A stretch of 64,000 bases of DNA from the human T2T-CHM13v2.0 reference genome, Homo sapiens. The DNA lies in the NCBI RefSeq assembly GCF_009914755.1, contig NC_060936.1; one strand, given 5' to 3'. The position numbers and the translations under genes are program-made. Positions 1-13,069 of this stretch are shown piece after piece. Numbering within the stretch: the stretch's first letter is position 1; each line of letters opens with the position of its first letter. The notes beneath the pieces were generated by a model. That model had not been told where the DNA came from, searched no databases, and saw nothing but the letters and a program-made list of their open reading frames with translations.

Positions 1-28
1 AGCTCCTACTTGATCAGAGTTGTGTTAG

Positions 29-457
<429 letters not shown>

Positions 458-1119
458 TAGCTGGGTAGGGATCCTCGAGCAAGACATATATACCAATTCA
501 CTGTTTTGTCCATCTCACCCATATGGAAATTTGAAAGTTATTAGTGGTTAATCAAAAAAAGAGAATGATCCCTTCAAATCGGGCTTTCAAACCCCTTCCT
601 GATATGAAGAGGCTGTTCATATGAGAAGCTGTTCAGCACTTCTTTTTCCCAGAATGCAGAAAGATTGTTTGGTGAGGCTCACCATGCATGCCTGGCTCTC
701 AGGCCTCCCCAAAAGGTCTCTGACTCTTTAACAAGTTGAGGACCTTCTTGTCCCGAATGGTCATTTTTCTTTCCCTTTTCAAGTGGAGGATTTACGGAAA
801 GCAAGTTTCTCCACTAATCCATTCCCCCTTCGCATTGGTAGGTACTTCCTTCTACTCCTGAATAAATTCCCTGGAGCTTCTCTCAGCCTAGACCCTGACT
901 CCACTTGGCTCTTTCCAGTTGTGTTTCTATGGTCTAGAGTGGGCATTTTCTTCCCTCAATCTGATGAGGACAAAAGTGAATCCACCATCTCATCCCTCAA
1001 CTAGAGTCCAACCAAAAGTCCCCAAAGGAAAGATGTGGTGGCAAGGAGCTGGGATGTTGGTAAGATCCGAGTCTCCCTCTTCTTGTTCACATTTTTCCTG
1101 GACTTCTTAGCTCTATACT

Positions 1120-1480
1120 GTTATGCCTTCATTATCTATTATTGTGCAACAAAGATTCCATCATTTAGCAGCTTGAAACAACAAACATTTGTTACCTCAC
1201 AGTTTCTAAGGGTCAGGAATCTGAAGTGATCTAGCTGGATGGTATGGCTCAGGGTCTTGCATGAGGCACCGTCACAATAACAGCCAGGATTGGCTAGGCA
1301 TGGTGGCTCATGCCTGGAATCCCAGCACTTTGGGAGGCTGACGCAGGTGGACTTGAGTCCAGGAGTTCAAGACCAGTCTGGGCAATATGGTGAACCCTGT
1401 CTCTATTTAAAAAAAGAAAAAGAAAAAGAAAAACAGCCAAGACTTCAGCCTCTGAAAACTTGACTTGGGTAAACACCGCT
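1120..1480. mobile_element. Old MaLR LTR fragment (MLT1-like) interrupted by an Alu monomer
   Basis: ttagcagcttgaaacaacaaacatt...ctcacagtttctaagggtcaggaatctg resembles MLT1 LTRs; the sequence resumes after the monomer. Confidence 0.6.
1292..1431 (+). mobile_element. Alu left monomer (FLAM-like)
   Basis: ggctaggcatggtggctca...gaccagtctgggcaatatggtg plus A tail; TSD aacagccaggatt (1279-1291) / aacagccaagact (1432-1444). Confidence 0.9.
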
Positions 1481-3285
1481 CTGCTGTTAGAGCTTTCTGA
1501 CATCATCTCCAACACTCTCACTTATTCCTTCTCTTTATAATCTTTAATAGGGCTGACAAATCTGGAATAGTCAAACAAGATTTTACTGCAAGGCTAGACA
1601 ATTACAAAGAAACCTAACAAAAGAGTAAAACAAATTTAGAAAATCTAGCAAACGAAGTAGTTTAGAGACTTTCATCCTATATGGCACTTTGAATGCTGGC
1701 CTGTCCTTGCTGGCTATCTCCCTGCATCCACCTGAAAAAGGATATTGTTAAAACCCAGGCTGTAGGGCTCACTTTCCTGGACACCTACATTCTTTACAGT
1801 TTAGCAAGAAGGGAGGCAGAGCTTTTTTCTCTTATCTACCTAGAGGTCACTCAGTTTTTCTGCTTTAGGAATTGCCTCTTCTCATGAATATACCAGGAAA
1901 GACCTGTCTGCCCTTAAGGGGAAACACTACTTCCAAACCCAAAGAATGGTGGCTCTGCCCTGGTCAGATTTAACCTGATAACCATTTCTCAACAAGTGCA
2001 GTAACCCAATATTCACATAAGTGATACAGAAACTGGAAGTTGTTTTCTTAAACTATGACCATGTTTAATTATTTTAATTTCTTCATGTGATTTCAGGTCA
2101 ATCCAATCTATACCGAAAGGTTAATTCCCAGAGTTAATCAGAAAATAGCTACAACAAATACTTCGACAGATATATTTTATTTAGTTTCTCCTGCTAGGAT
2201 TGGCATTAAATTGAATATGACATCCTTTCAAAAGTGAAGGGTAGAAAGATGGGGAAAAATGGCAGACAGGAGGCCGGACTAGCTTGCAGGTCCCACTCAG
2301 ATGAACAGAGCATGTAGAGACCCACATCATAAACTTTTGCTCCAAGAACTGCCACAGGAACATACCAGGAAAGCCGAGAGAATTCACAGATCCTTTAAAG
2401 GAGGTGGCTTGCCACTGCAGGCTCTGCGGGACAGCCAAGGAACTGTGAGTCCATTTGCTTTCTCAGCCGGGAGGCTTGCAGCCTGGGTCAAGTTCTCAGC
2501 CCTGCTCACCGGCTGCCTGAATATGTAACTCAGTACTGTTGTGGGGCACGGTGAGAGTGAGTCCGGCCTTCACGCTGCTGGCTGTGTGGGAGCTGGGTGA
2601 AGCCTGTGACTGCCGGGGTTCTCCCACTTCCCTGGTGACTTGTGTGAGGAAGCACAGGCAGCCATAATTCCCCTGGGAACATAACTCCATTGGCCTGGGA
2701 ACCACATCCCGATCCCCCACTGCAGCTGTAGCAAGCCCCACCCAGAGTCTTAGCTCAGACGCGCCTAACCCTGCTCCCACCTGATGGTCTTTCTCTACCT
2801 GCCCTGGTAGCCAAAGACAAAGGAGGTAATCTCTTGGGACCTCTATGGTCCCACCTACCACATGATCCTCCCTATACTATCACAAGCTGATGCTCTCTTG
2901 AAAGTGTCACCTCCTGGCTGGAGGCCAACCAACACAAAACCAGTGCACTTAACAAAAACACAACTGAGGCCCCTCACGGAGTCCACATCACTCCCCAGCT
3001 ACCTCCACCAGATTAGGTGCTGGTATCCATGACCGGGAGACCTGAAGATGAATCACATCACATGACTCTTGGCAGACAGTCCCCATTATCAGCCCAGAGC
3101 CTAGTAGCTCCGCTGGGTGGCTAGATCCAGAAGAGAAATAACAATCACTGTAGTTTGGCTCTCAGGAAGCCCCATCCCTAGGGGAAGCGGGGAGAGCACC
3201 ACATCAAGGAAGCATGCCATGGGACAAAAGAATTGAAACAGCAGCCCTTGAGTCCCAGATCTTCCCTCTGAAATAGTCTGCCCAA

Positions 3286-4285
3286 ATGAGGAGGAACCAG
3301 AAAAACTATTCAGGTAATATGACAAAACAAGGTTCTTTAATACCCCCAAAAGATCACAGTGGCTCACCAGCAATTGATCCAAACCAAGAAGAAATCTCTG
3401 AATTGCCAGAAAAAGAATTCAGAAGGTCAATTATTAAGCCAATCAAGGAGGCACCAGAGAAAGGTGAAGTCCAATTTAAAGAAAACAAAAACCCGGATAT
3501 GAATGGAAAAATCTAATGAAATAGATAGTATAAATAAAAAACAATCACAGCTTCTGGAAATCAAGGACACACTTAGGGAAATGCAAAATGCACTGGAAAG
3601 TCTCAGCGATAGAATCAAACAAGCAGAAGAAAGAACTTCAACTTCAGGGCTTGAAGACAAGCCTTTCGAGTTAACCAAATCCAACAAAGACAAAGAAAAA
3701 AGCATCTTAAAAAATGAACGAAGCCTCCAAGAAGTTTGGGATTATGTTAAATGACCAAATCCAAGAATAATTGGTGTTCCTGAGAAAGAAGAGAAATCTA
3801 CAAGTTTGGAAAACATATTTGTGGGAATAATTGAGGAAAACTTTCCTGGCCTTGATAGGGATTTAGACATTCAAATACAAGAAGATCAAAGAACACCTGG
3901 GAAATTCATCACAAAAAGATTATCACCTAGGGACATAGTCATCAGTTTATCTAAAGTCAAGATGAAGGAAAGGATCTTAAGAGCTGTGAGGCAAAAGCAT
4001 CAGGTAACCTACAAAGGAAAACCTATCAAGTTAACAGCAGATTTCTCGGCAGAAACCTTACAAGCTAGAAGGGATTGGGGTCCTATCTTTAGCCTCCTTA
4101 AACAAAATAATTATCAGCCAAGAAGTTTGTATCCAGTGAAACTAAGCTTCATAAATGAAGGAAAAATACCGTCTTTTTCAGACAAACAAATGCTGAGAGA
4201 ATTAGGCACTACCAAGCCAGTACAACAAGAACTGCTAAAAGGAGTTATAAATCTTGAAGCAAATCCTCAAAATACACCAAAATAG
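3286..4285 (+). pseudogene. L1 ORF1p remnant (frameshifted, with stops)
   Basis: ORF pieces MRRNQKNYSGNM..., ...SLQEVWDYVK, IIEENFPGLDRDLDIQIQE...VTYKGKPIKLTADFSAETLQARRDWGPIF, all typical of L1 ORF1p. Confidence 0.93.
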
Positions 4286-4368
4286 AATCTTCTTAAAGTG
4301 TAATTCTCACAGGATCTATAAAACAATAACACAATGAACAAAAACAAGGTATTCAGGCAACAAATAAC

Positions 4369-6365
4369 ATGATGAAGAGAATAGTACCTCACATCTCAAC
4401 ACTAATGTTGAATGTAAATGGCCTAAATGCTCCACTTAAAAGATACATAATGGCAGAATGGATAAGAACTCACCAACCAAGTCTCCGCTGTCTTCAAGAG
4501 ACTCACCTGACACATAAGGACTCATATAAACTTAAGGTAAAGGGGTAGGAAAAGATATTCCATGCAAATGGACACCAAAAGCGAGCAGGAGTAGCTATTC
4601 CTGTATCAGACAAAACAAACTTTAAAGCAACAGCAGTTAATCAAACACAGAGGGACATTATATAATGATAAAAGGACTAGTCCAAGAGGAAAATATCACA
4701 ATCCTAAATATATATGCACCTAAGACTGGAGCTCCCAAATTTATAAAACAATTACTACTAGACCTAAGAAATGAGATAGATGGCAACACAATAATAGTGG
4801 GAGACTTCAACACTCCACTGACAGCACTAGACAGGTCATCAAGACAGAAAGTCAACAAAGAAACAATGGACTTAAACTATACACTAGAACAAATGGACTT
4901 AACAGATATTTACAGAACATTCTACCCAACAACTGCAGAATATACATTCTATTATTCATCAGCACATGGAGCATTCTCCAAGAAGACCGTATGATAGGTG
5001 ACAAAACAAGTCTCAACAAATTTAAGAAAACCAAAATTATATAAATTATATAAGCACTCTTATAAGTAATACAGTTACTCTCTCAGACCGCAGTGTAATA
5101 AAATTGGAAATCAACTCCAAAAGGAACCCTCAAAACCATGCAAATATGTGGAAATTAAATAACCTGCTCCTGAATAATCAGTGGGTCAACAATGAAATCA
5201 AGATGGAAAGTCTTTGAACTGAATGATAATAATGGCACAACCTATCATAAGCCCTGGGATATGGCAAAAGCAGTGCTAAGAGGAAAGTTCATAGCATTAA
5301 ATGCCTACATCAAAAAGTCTGAAAGAGCGCAAATAGACAATCTAAGGACACACCTCAAGGAACTAGAGAAGCAAGAACAAATCAAACCCAAATCCAGTAG
5401 AAGAAAATAAATGGCAAGATCAGAGAAGAACTAAATGAAATTGAAACAAACAAAACACAAAAGATAAATAAAACAAAAAGTTGGTTTTGTTAAAAGATAA
5501 ATAAAATTGATAGACTATTAGCAAGATTAACCAAGAAGAGAGAAGATCCAAATAAGCTCAACTAGAAATGAAACAGGAGATATTACAACAGATACCACAG
5601 AAATACAAAAGATTATTCAAGGCTACTATGAACACCTTTATGTGCATAAACTAGAAAACCTAGAGGAGATGGGTAAATTCCTGGAAATATACAAAATATA
5701 CAACTCTTCTAGACTAAACCAGGAAGAAATAGAAACTCTGAACAGACCAATAACAAGCAGTGAGATTGAAATGGTAATTTAAAAGTTACAAACAAAAAAA
5801 CATCCAGGACCAGATGGATTCACAGCTGAATTCTATCAAACATTCAAAGAAGAATTGGTACCAGTCCTATCGACACTATTCCAAAAAATAAGAAGGAAAT
5901 CTTTCCTAAATCATTCTATGAAGCCAGCATCACCCTAATACCAAAACCAGGAAAGAATATAACAACAACAACAACAACAGCCAATATCCTTGATGAACAT
6001 AGATGCAAAAATCCTCAACAAAATAGTAGCTTATTGAGTCCAACAGCATATCAAAAGATAATCCACCATGATCAAATGGGTTACATACCAGGGATGCAGG
6101 GATGGTTTAAACATCCTCAAATCAATAATTGTGATACACCATATAAACAGAATTAAAAACAAAAATCACATGATCATTTCCATAGATGCAGAAAAAGCAT
6201 CTGACGAAATCCAGCATCCCTTTATGATTAAAACCCTCAGCAAAATCAGCATAGAAGAGACATACCTTAATGTAATATAGGCTATATATGAAAAACCCAC
6301 AGCCAACATTACACTGAACTTGGAAAAGTTGAAAGCATCCCCCCTGAGAACTGGAACAAGACAGG
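4369..6365 (+). pseudogene. L1 ORF2p remnant, N-terminal part (APE endonuclease and start of RT)
   Basis: [39 protein letters not shown] and [11 protein letters not shown] motifs, with multiple frameshifts. Confidence 0.93.
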
Positions 6366-6908
6366 TGTGATAATATTGAGTGTCAACTTGATCGGATTGA
6401 AGAATGCAAAGTTGTTCCTGGGTGTGTCTGTGAGGGTGTTTCCAAAGGAGATTAACATTTGAGTCAGTGAACTGAGAGAGACAGACCCACCCTCAATCTG
6501 GATGGGCACCATTTAATCAGCTGCCAGCAAGCTAGAATAAAGCAGGTAGAAAAAGTTGGAAGGACTAGACTTGCTGTGTCTTTCAGTCTTCATCATTCTC
6601 CTGTGCTGGATGCTTCCTGCCCTCGAAAATCAGACTCCAAGTTCTTAAGCTTTTGGACCCTTGGACTTACACCAGTGATTTGTCAGGGGGCTCTCAGGCC
6701 TTTGACTACAGACTGAAGGCTGCACGGTCAGCTTCCCTACTTTTGAGGTTTTGGGACTCAGACTGGCTTTCTTGCTCCTCGGCTTGCAGATGGCCTATGG
6801 GGGGACTTTACCTTGTGATCATGTGAGTCAATTCTCCTTAATAAACTCCCTTTCATATATACATTTATCCTATTAGTTCTGTTCTTCTAGAGAACCCTGA
6901 CTAATGCA
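6366..6908 (+). repeat. HERV-L 5' LTR (MLT2A-like)
   Basis: tgtgataatattgagtgtcaacttg...gagaaccctgactaatgca; near-identical to 12520-13069. Confidence 0.95.
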
Positions 6909-6913
6909 GATTT

Positions 6914-6928
6914 TGGTACCAGGAGTGG
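6914..6928 (+). promoter_or_regulatory. Primer-binding site complementary to tRNA-Leu
   Basis: tggtaccaggagtgg directly after the 5' LTR, complementary to the 3' end (...ccactcctggtaCCA) of tRNA-Leu. Confidence 0.85.
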
Positions 6929-7041
6929 CTCTAGAGGAACAGAATTTTAAGAATGGATTTCTTTAGTTGGTTTGGAGGTTTCTGGAGTTGGCTGTTTAAT
7001 CTGATTAAACCCAAAATGCTAAGCACTCTACTTCTAATAGT

Positions 7042-8700
7042 ATGAAGAACACTGATAGTCCTTGCCATTCACTGTTTAAAGAGTTATGCAAAATAAATGC
7101 ATTTGATACTCCTGATTCACCACTCGTGAGAGGCAAGGAATTTAGTGACTCTATACATAATACTTTTGACCATATGTGGAGAACCAAGGAATATAATGAA
7201 GATGGTTGGTTGCTCATAAGCTTGCTGGAAAAGTGATGAAAGAAAAGGATGAGCTCAGGAATTCTAACTCCTGGCTCCAGAAGCACAGACTGAGCCTCAA
7301 GTCTTCTGAGATTTCCCTTAGTGAGTGTCTTATCTCCTCTAGACAAAGGTCTGAAATTGCAGAAAATGAGACACAAGCTCTTATCATGAGAGTGGCTGAC
7401 CTGCAATGAAAGGTGCATGCACAGTCTTGCCAGGTGTCTACTGTTAAGGTGAGGACACTGATTAGAAATGAATGGGACCCTGCAACTTGGAATGGGGTCA
7501 CGTGAGAGGACCCTGATGAAGCCACAGACACAGCTCATAAACTCTGATGAACCTTTTTTGCCAGAAGGAATAGCTTCCCGATACCCAGCAGTGGCAACAT
7601 CCCCTCCCCCACCCACACTGCCATCAGCCTTTCTACCTCTGTCTGAGGAGATAACCCTGCACTGCCTGAAGCAACAGTGAAGTTGCCAGGCAAAAAAATA
7701 CTTATTCTCCTCAGGACCCACCCCCAACACCCCTGTTTGCTTGTAGACCTATAACTAGACTCAAGTCCTAACAGGCCCCTTAGAGGTAAGGTTTAGAGTG
7801 TGACCCACGAGGAGGTGTGCTACGCTCCAAAAGAACTGCTTGAGTTTTCTAATTGATATAAGCAGAAATCTGGAGAACATGCATGGGAATGGATATTAAG
7901 GGTGTGGGATAATGGTGGAAGAAACATAAAGTTACATCAGACTGAATGTATTGACATGGGTCCACCAAGCAGGGATCCTGCATTTAATGTTGCAGCTCAG
8001 GGAGTTAAAAACAGTTTTAATAGTTCATTTGCTTGGTTAGCTGAAATATGGATCAAAAGATGGCCCACTGTGAGCAAGCTGGAAATGAAATGCCTGATCT
8101 CCCTTGGTTTAATGTAGAGGAAGGAATCCAAAGCCTTGGGAAGATTGGAATGCTAGAGTGGATTAGTCACTTTAGACCTACTCATCCCAGCTGGAGTGTA
8201 CAGAAGACATACCCTTCACCAATACTTGGCGAAATAGATTTGTGAGGGCAGCACCTGCATCCTTAAAGAGGTCTGTGATTGCCCTTCTCTGTAGGCCAGG
8301 TCTTACAGTGGGAACTACAGTCACTTAGTAAGAAAATTTAAATGCAATGGGAATAACTGAAAGTCAAGGTGGCAGGGGCCAAGTGATGGCATTCAACCTT
8401 CAAAGGCAAGGTGTAGTTACCGTAAGAGATAGCAGAGGCAAAGCAGCAATCAGAATAGTCTGACTCATGTAGAGCTGTGGCACTGGCTAATCATGATGTT
8501 CCTAGAAGTGAAATTGATAAGAAGCCCACTGCATTCTCACTATAGTAATTTGTATAAGCAAAAGCTTCTAGGCCGAGTGGACAAAAACTAATTTTAATTA
8601 TAAAAATAAAGAATTATGTCCCCTCAATCAAATTCCAGACATGAACAAATTTACAGACCCAGAATCCCTTGAATGAAGGGGAGGCCAGACTCCCCTTGAG
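7042..8700 (+). pseudogene. HERV-L gag remnant
   Basis: Broken ORFs (DSPCHSLFKELCKINAFD..., WDNGGRNIKL..., PDLPWFNVEEGIQ...GMLEWI) between the PBS and the protease. Confidence 0.8.
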
Positions 8701-11600
8701 GAACGACCACACTAAACTACCAACAATTTATGCTGTTAATCTTTCTCCCATCCTCCCCCAAGGAAACCTCCAGCCTTTTACCAGAGTAACTGTGCACTGG
8801 GGAAAGAGGAATGATCAGACCTTTTGGGGACTACTGGACACTGGCTCTGAGCTGATGTTGATTCCAGGGGACCCAAATGTCATTGTGGTCCTCCAGTTAA
8901 AGTAGAGGCTTATGGAGGTTAGGTAATTAGTAGAGTTTTAGCTCGGGTCTGACTTATAGTGTGTCCAGTGGGTCCCTGGACTCATCCTTTGGTCATTTCC
9001 CCAGTGCCAGAATGCATAATTGGGATAGACATACTTAGCAGCTGGCAGAACCCCCATATTGGCTCCCTGACTTGTAGGGTGAAGGGCTACTATGGTGAGA
9101 AAAGCCAAATGGAAGCCATTAGAGCTGCCTCTACCTAGAAAAATACTAAATGAAAAACAATATCTCATCCCTGGAGGGATTGTGGAGATTAGTGCCACCA
9201 TCAAGAACTTGAAAGATGCAGGGATGGTGATTCCCACCACATCCCTGTTCAACTCGCCTATTTGGTCTGTGCAAAAGACAGATGGATCTCAGAGGATGAC
9301 AGCAGATTATTGTAAGCTTAACCAAGTGGTGACTCCAGTTGCAGCTGCTGTACCAGATGTGTTCATAGCTTGAAACAAATTAATACATCTTCTGGTATGG
9401 GTTATGCAGCCATTGACTTGGCAAATGCCTTTGTCTCTATTCCTATCCATAAAGCCCACCAGAAGCAATTTGCCTTCAGCTGGCAAGGCCAGCAATATAC
9501 CTTTACTGTCCTACCGCAGGGGTGTATCAACTCTCCAGCTTTGTGTCATAATCTTGTTCTCAGAGATCTTGATCACTTTTCCTTTCCACATATCACACTG
9601 GTCCATTACATTGATGATATTATACTGATTGGATCCAGTGAGCGAGAAAGTAGCAAACACACTGGACTTATTGGTGAGACATTTGCATGCCAAAGGATGG
9701 GAAAACAATCTGACTAAAATTCAGGGATCTTCTACCTCAGAAAAATTTCTAGTGGTTCAGTGGTGTGGGGCCTGTCAAGATATTCCTTCTAAGGTGAAGG
9801 ATAAATTGTTGCATTTGGCCCCTCCTACAACCAAGAAAGAGGCACAACATCTAGCGGATCTATTTGGTTTTTGGAGGCAACACATTCCTCATTTGGGTGT
9901 GTTACTCTGGTTCATTTATCAAGTGACCTGAAAGGCTGACAGTTTTGAGTGGGGCCCAGAACAGACGGCTCTGCAACAGGTCCAGTCTGCTGTGCAATCT
10001 TCTCTTTCACTTGGGCCATATGACCTAGCAGATCCAATGGTGCTCGAGGTGTCAGTGGCAGATAGAGGTGCTGTGTGGAGCCTTTGACAGGCCCCCATAG
10101 GTGAATCACAGTGGAGGCCTCTAGGATTTTGGAGCAAGGCCCTGCCGTCTTCTGCAGATAACTACCCTCCTTTTGAGAGACAGCTCTTGGCCTGTTGCTG
10201 AGCTTTGGTAGAAACTGAACGTCTGACTATGGATCATCAAGTCACCATGCGACCTGAACTGTCTATCATCAACTGGGTCTTTTCTGAGCCACATAGCCAT
10301 AAAGTGGGCCATGCAAAGCTGCATTCCATCATCAAATGGAAGTGGTATATACATGACTGGGCTCAAGCAGGTCCTGAGGGCACAAGTTTACATGAGGAAG
10401 TGGCTCAAATGCCCATGGTCTCCACTCCTGCCACCCTGCCTTCTCACCCCCAGCCTGCACTGATGGCCTTATGGGGAGTTCCCTATGATCAGCTGACAGA
10501 GGAAGAGAAAACTAGGACCTGGTTTACAGATGGGTCTGCACGATATGCAGGCACCACCTGAAAGTGGACAGCTGCATCATATAGCCCCTTTTTAGGACAT
10601 CCGTGATGGACAGTGGCAAAGGTATATCTTCCCAGAGGGCAGAACTTTGAGCAGTGCAGCTGGTTGAGCACTTTGCTTGGAAGGAGAAATGGCCATATAT
10701 GCGATTATATACTGATGCATGAGCTGTAGCTGATGGTTTGGCTGGATGGTCGGGGACTTGGAAGAGGCATGATTGGAAAATTAGTGACAGAGAAATTTGG
10801 GGAAGAGGTATGTGGATGAACTTCCCTAGTGGGCAAAAACTGTGAAGATATTTGTATCTCATGTGAATGCTCACCAAAGGGTGACCTCAGCAGAGGAGGA
10901 TTTAAATAATCAAGTGGATAGGGTGACTCATTCTGTAGACACCACTCAGCCTCTTTCCCCAGCCACCGTGTCATCCCTCAATGGACCCATGAACAAAGTG
11001 GCCATGGTGGCAGGGATGGAGGTTACACATGGGATCAGCAACATGAACTTCCACTCACCAAGGCTGACCTTGCTATGGCCACCGCTGAGTGCCCAATTTG
11101 CCAGCAGCAGAGACCAACACTGAGCCCTCAATATAGTACCATTCCTCAAGGTAATCAGCCAGCTACGTGGACTTCTTCCATCATGGAAAGGGCAGAGGTT
11201 TGTCTTCACCAGAATAGATACATACTCCAGATATGGGTTTGCCTACCCTGTATGTAATGCTTCTGCCAAGACTACCATCTGTGGACCCATGGAATGCCTT
11301 ATGCACTATCATTGTATTCCACACAGCATTGCCTCTGACCAAGGCACTCACTTTACAGCTAAGGAAGTGGGCTCATGCTCATGGAATTCACTGGTCTTAC
11401 CATGTTCCCCATCATCCTGAAGCAGCTGGATTGATAGAATGGTGGAATGGCCTTTTGAAGTCACAATTACAACGCCAACTAGGTGACAGTACTTTGCAGG
11501 GCTAGGTTTAAGTTCTCCAGAAGGCTATGTATGCCCTGAATCAGCATCCAATATGTGGTACTGTTTCTCCCATAGCCAGCCAGGATTCATGGGTCCAGGA
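8700..11600 (+). pseudogene. HERV-L pro-pol remnant (protease, RT, RNase H, integrase)
   Basis: LLDTGS (protease); FNSPIW, AAIDLANAF, YTFTVLPQG, HYIDDI (RT); WFTDGSA, HVNAH (RNase H); ECPICQQ, HHPEAAGLIEWWNGLLK (integrase); many stops and frameshifts. Confidence 0.95.
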
Positions 11601-11608
11601 ATCAGGGG

Positions 11609-11899
11609 GTGGAAGTGGAAATGGCATCACTTACCATCACCCCTAGTGACCCACTAGCAAAATTTTTGCTTCCTGTTCCTGCAACATTGTGTTCTGCTAG
11701 TCTAGAGGTCTTAGTTCCAGAAGGAGGAATGCAACTACCAGGAGACACAATGATTCCATTAAACTGGAAGTTAAGATTGCCACCTGGACACTTTGGGCTC
11801 CTCCTATCCCTAAGTCAACAGGCTAAGAAGGGAGTTACAGTATTGGCTGTGGTGATTGGCCCAGATTACCACTATGAAGTCGGTCTACTATGGAGGTAA
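11609..11899 (+). pseudogene. HERV-L dUTPase remnant
   Basis: IPLNWKLRLPPGHFGLL...KKGVTVLAVVIGPDY (degenerate dUTPase motifs) downstream of integrase, the HERV-L arrangement. Confidence 0.85.
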
Positions 11900-12519
11900 G
11901 GGAGTCCATGATGGAGGTAGGGAAGAGTATGTGTGGAATACAAGAGATCCCTTAGGGTGTCTCTTAGTATTACCATGCCCTGTGATTAAGGTCAACGGGA
12001 AACTACAACAACCCAAATCAGGCAGGACTACAAATGGCCCAGACCATTTAGGAATGAAGGTTTGGGCCACTCCATCAGGTAAAAAACTGTGACCCACTGA
12101 GGTGCTTCCTGAAGGCAAAAGGAATACAGAATGGGTGGTAGAAGAAGGTAGTCATCAATACTAGCTACAACCACATGACCAGTTGCAGAAAAGAGGACTG
12201 TAATTGTCATACGGATTTCCTCCTTATTTTGTTAGGAACATGTTTGTGCATGTATACACTTGTACTAAGAAAATATCTTCATTTTATTTTCTTTCTTTTT
12301 CCTTTATCATGTGACATAAGATTTCTTGACTTCATATCAGTATTTAAGTATTGTTAACTTTATGTAATAGCATTTAGATTAAGGATTAGTGTAATTCTGA
12401 TTGTATGAAGGATAGCCCTATTATGTTAGGCATAACTATGACCTTATTATTGTCTTTATTTGAAAATTATGTATGATTGCAGGAGATGTGTATGGGTTCA
12501 AGTTGACAAGGGGTGGACT

Positions 12520-13069
12520 TGAGATGGTTAATATCGAGTATCAACTTGATTGGATCAAAGGATGCAAAGAGTTGTTCCTGGGTGTGTCTGTGAGGGTGTT
12601 TCCAAAGGAGATTAACATTTGAGTCAGTAGACTGGGAGAGACAGACCCACCCTCAATCTGGGTGGGCACCATCTAATCAGCTGCCAGTACAGCTAGAATA
12701 AAGCAGGCAGAAAAAGTTGGAAGGACTAGACTTGCTGTGTCTTTCAGTCTTCATCTTTCTCCTGTGCTGGACGCTTCCTGCCCTCGAACATCAGACTCCA
12801 GGTTCTTCAGCTTTTGGACTCTCGGACTTACACCAGTGATTTGCCAGGGGGCTCTCAGGCCTTTGACTACAGACTGAAGGCTGCCCTGTTGGCTTCCCTG
12901 CTTCTGAGGTTTTGGGACTCAGACTGGCTTTCTTGCTCCTCAGTTCACAGATGGCCTATTGTGGGACTTCACCTTGTGATCATATGAGTCAGTACTCCTT
13001 AATAAACTCCCCTTCATATGTACATTTGTCCTGTTTGTTCTGTCCCTCTAGAGAACCCTGACTAATACA
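12520..13069 (+). repeat. HERV-L 3' LTR (MLT2A-like), preceded by a polypurine tract
   Basis: aaggggtggac PPT then tgagatggttaat...gagaaccctgactaataca. Confidence 0.95.

Larger units (their letters stand above)
6366..13069 (+). mobile_element. Near full-length HERV-L provirus (MLT2A-type LTRs, no env)
   Basis: Two ~545-bp direct-repeat LTRs (TG...CA), PBS, PPT, gag/pro/pol/dUTPase remnants; 5-bp TSD acagg (6361-6365) / acaag (13070-13074) splitting the L1 GTRQGCP codons. Confidence 0.97.

Noticed and set aside
6914-6928. tRNA-like sequence
   Set aside because: Only a 15-nt primer-binding site; no cloverleaf, so not a tRNA gene
7005-7730. 241-aa minus-strand ORF
   Set aside because: Antisense to HERV-L gag with no recognisable motif and a non-ATG start; likely chance
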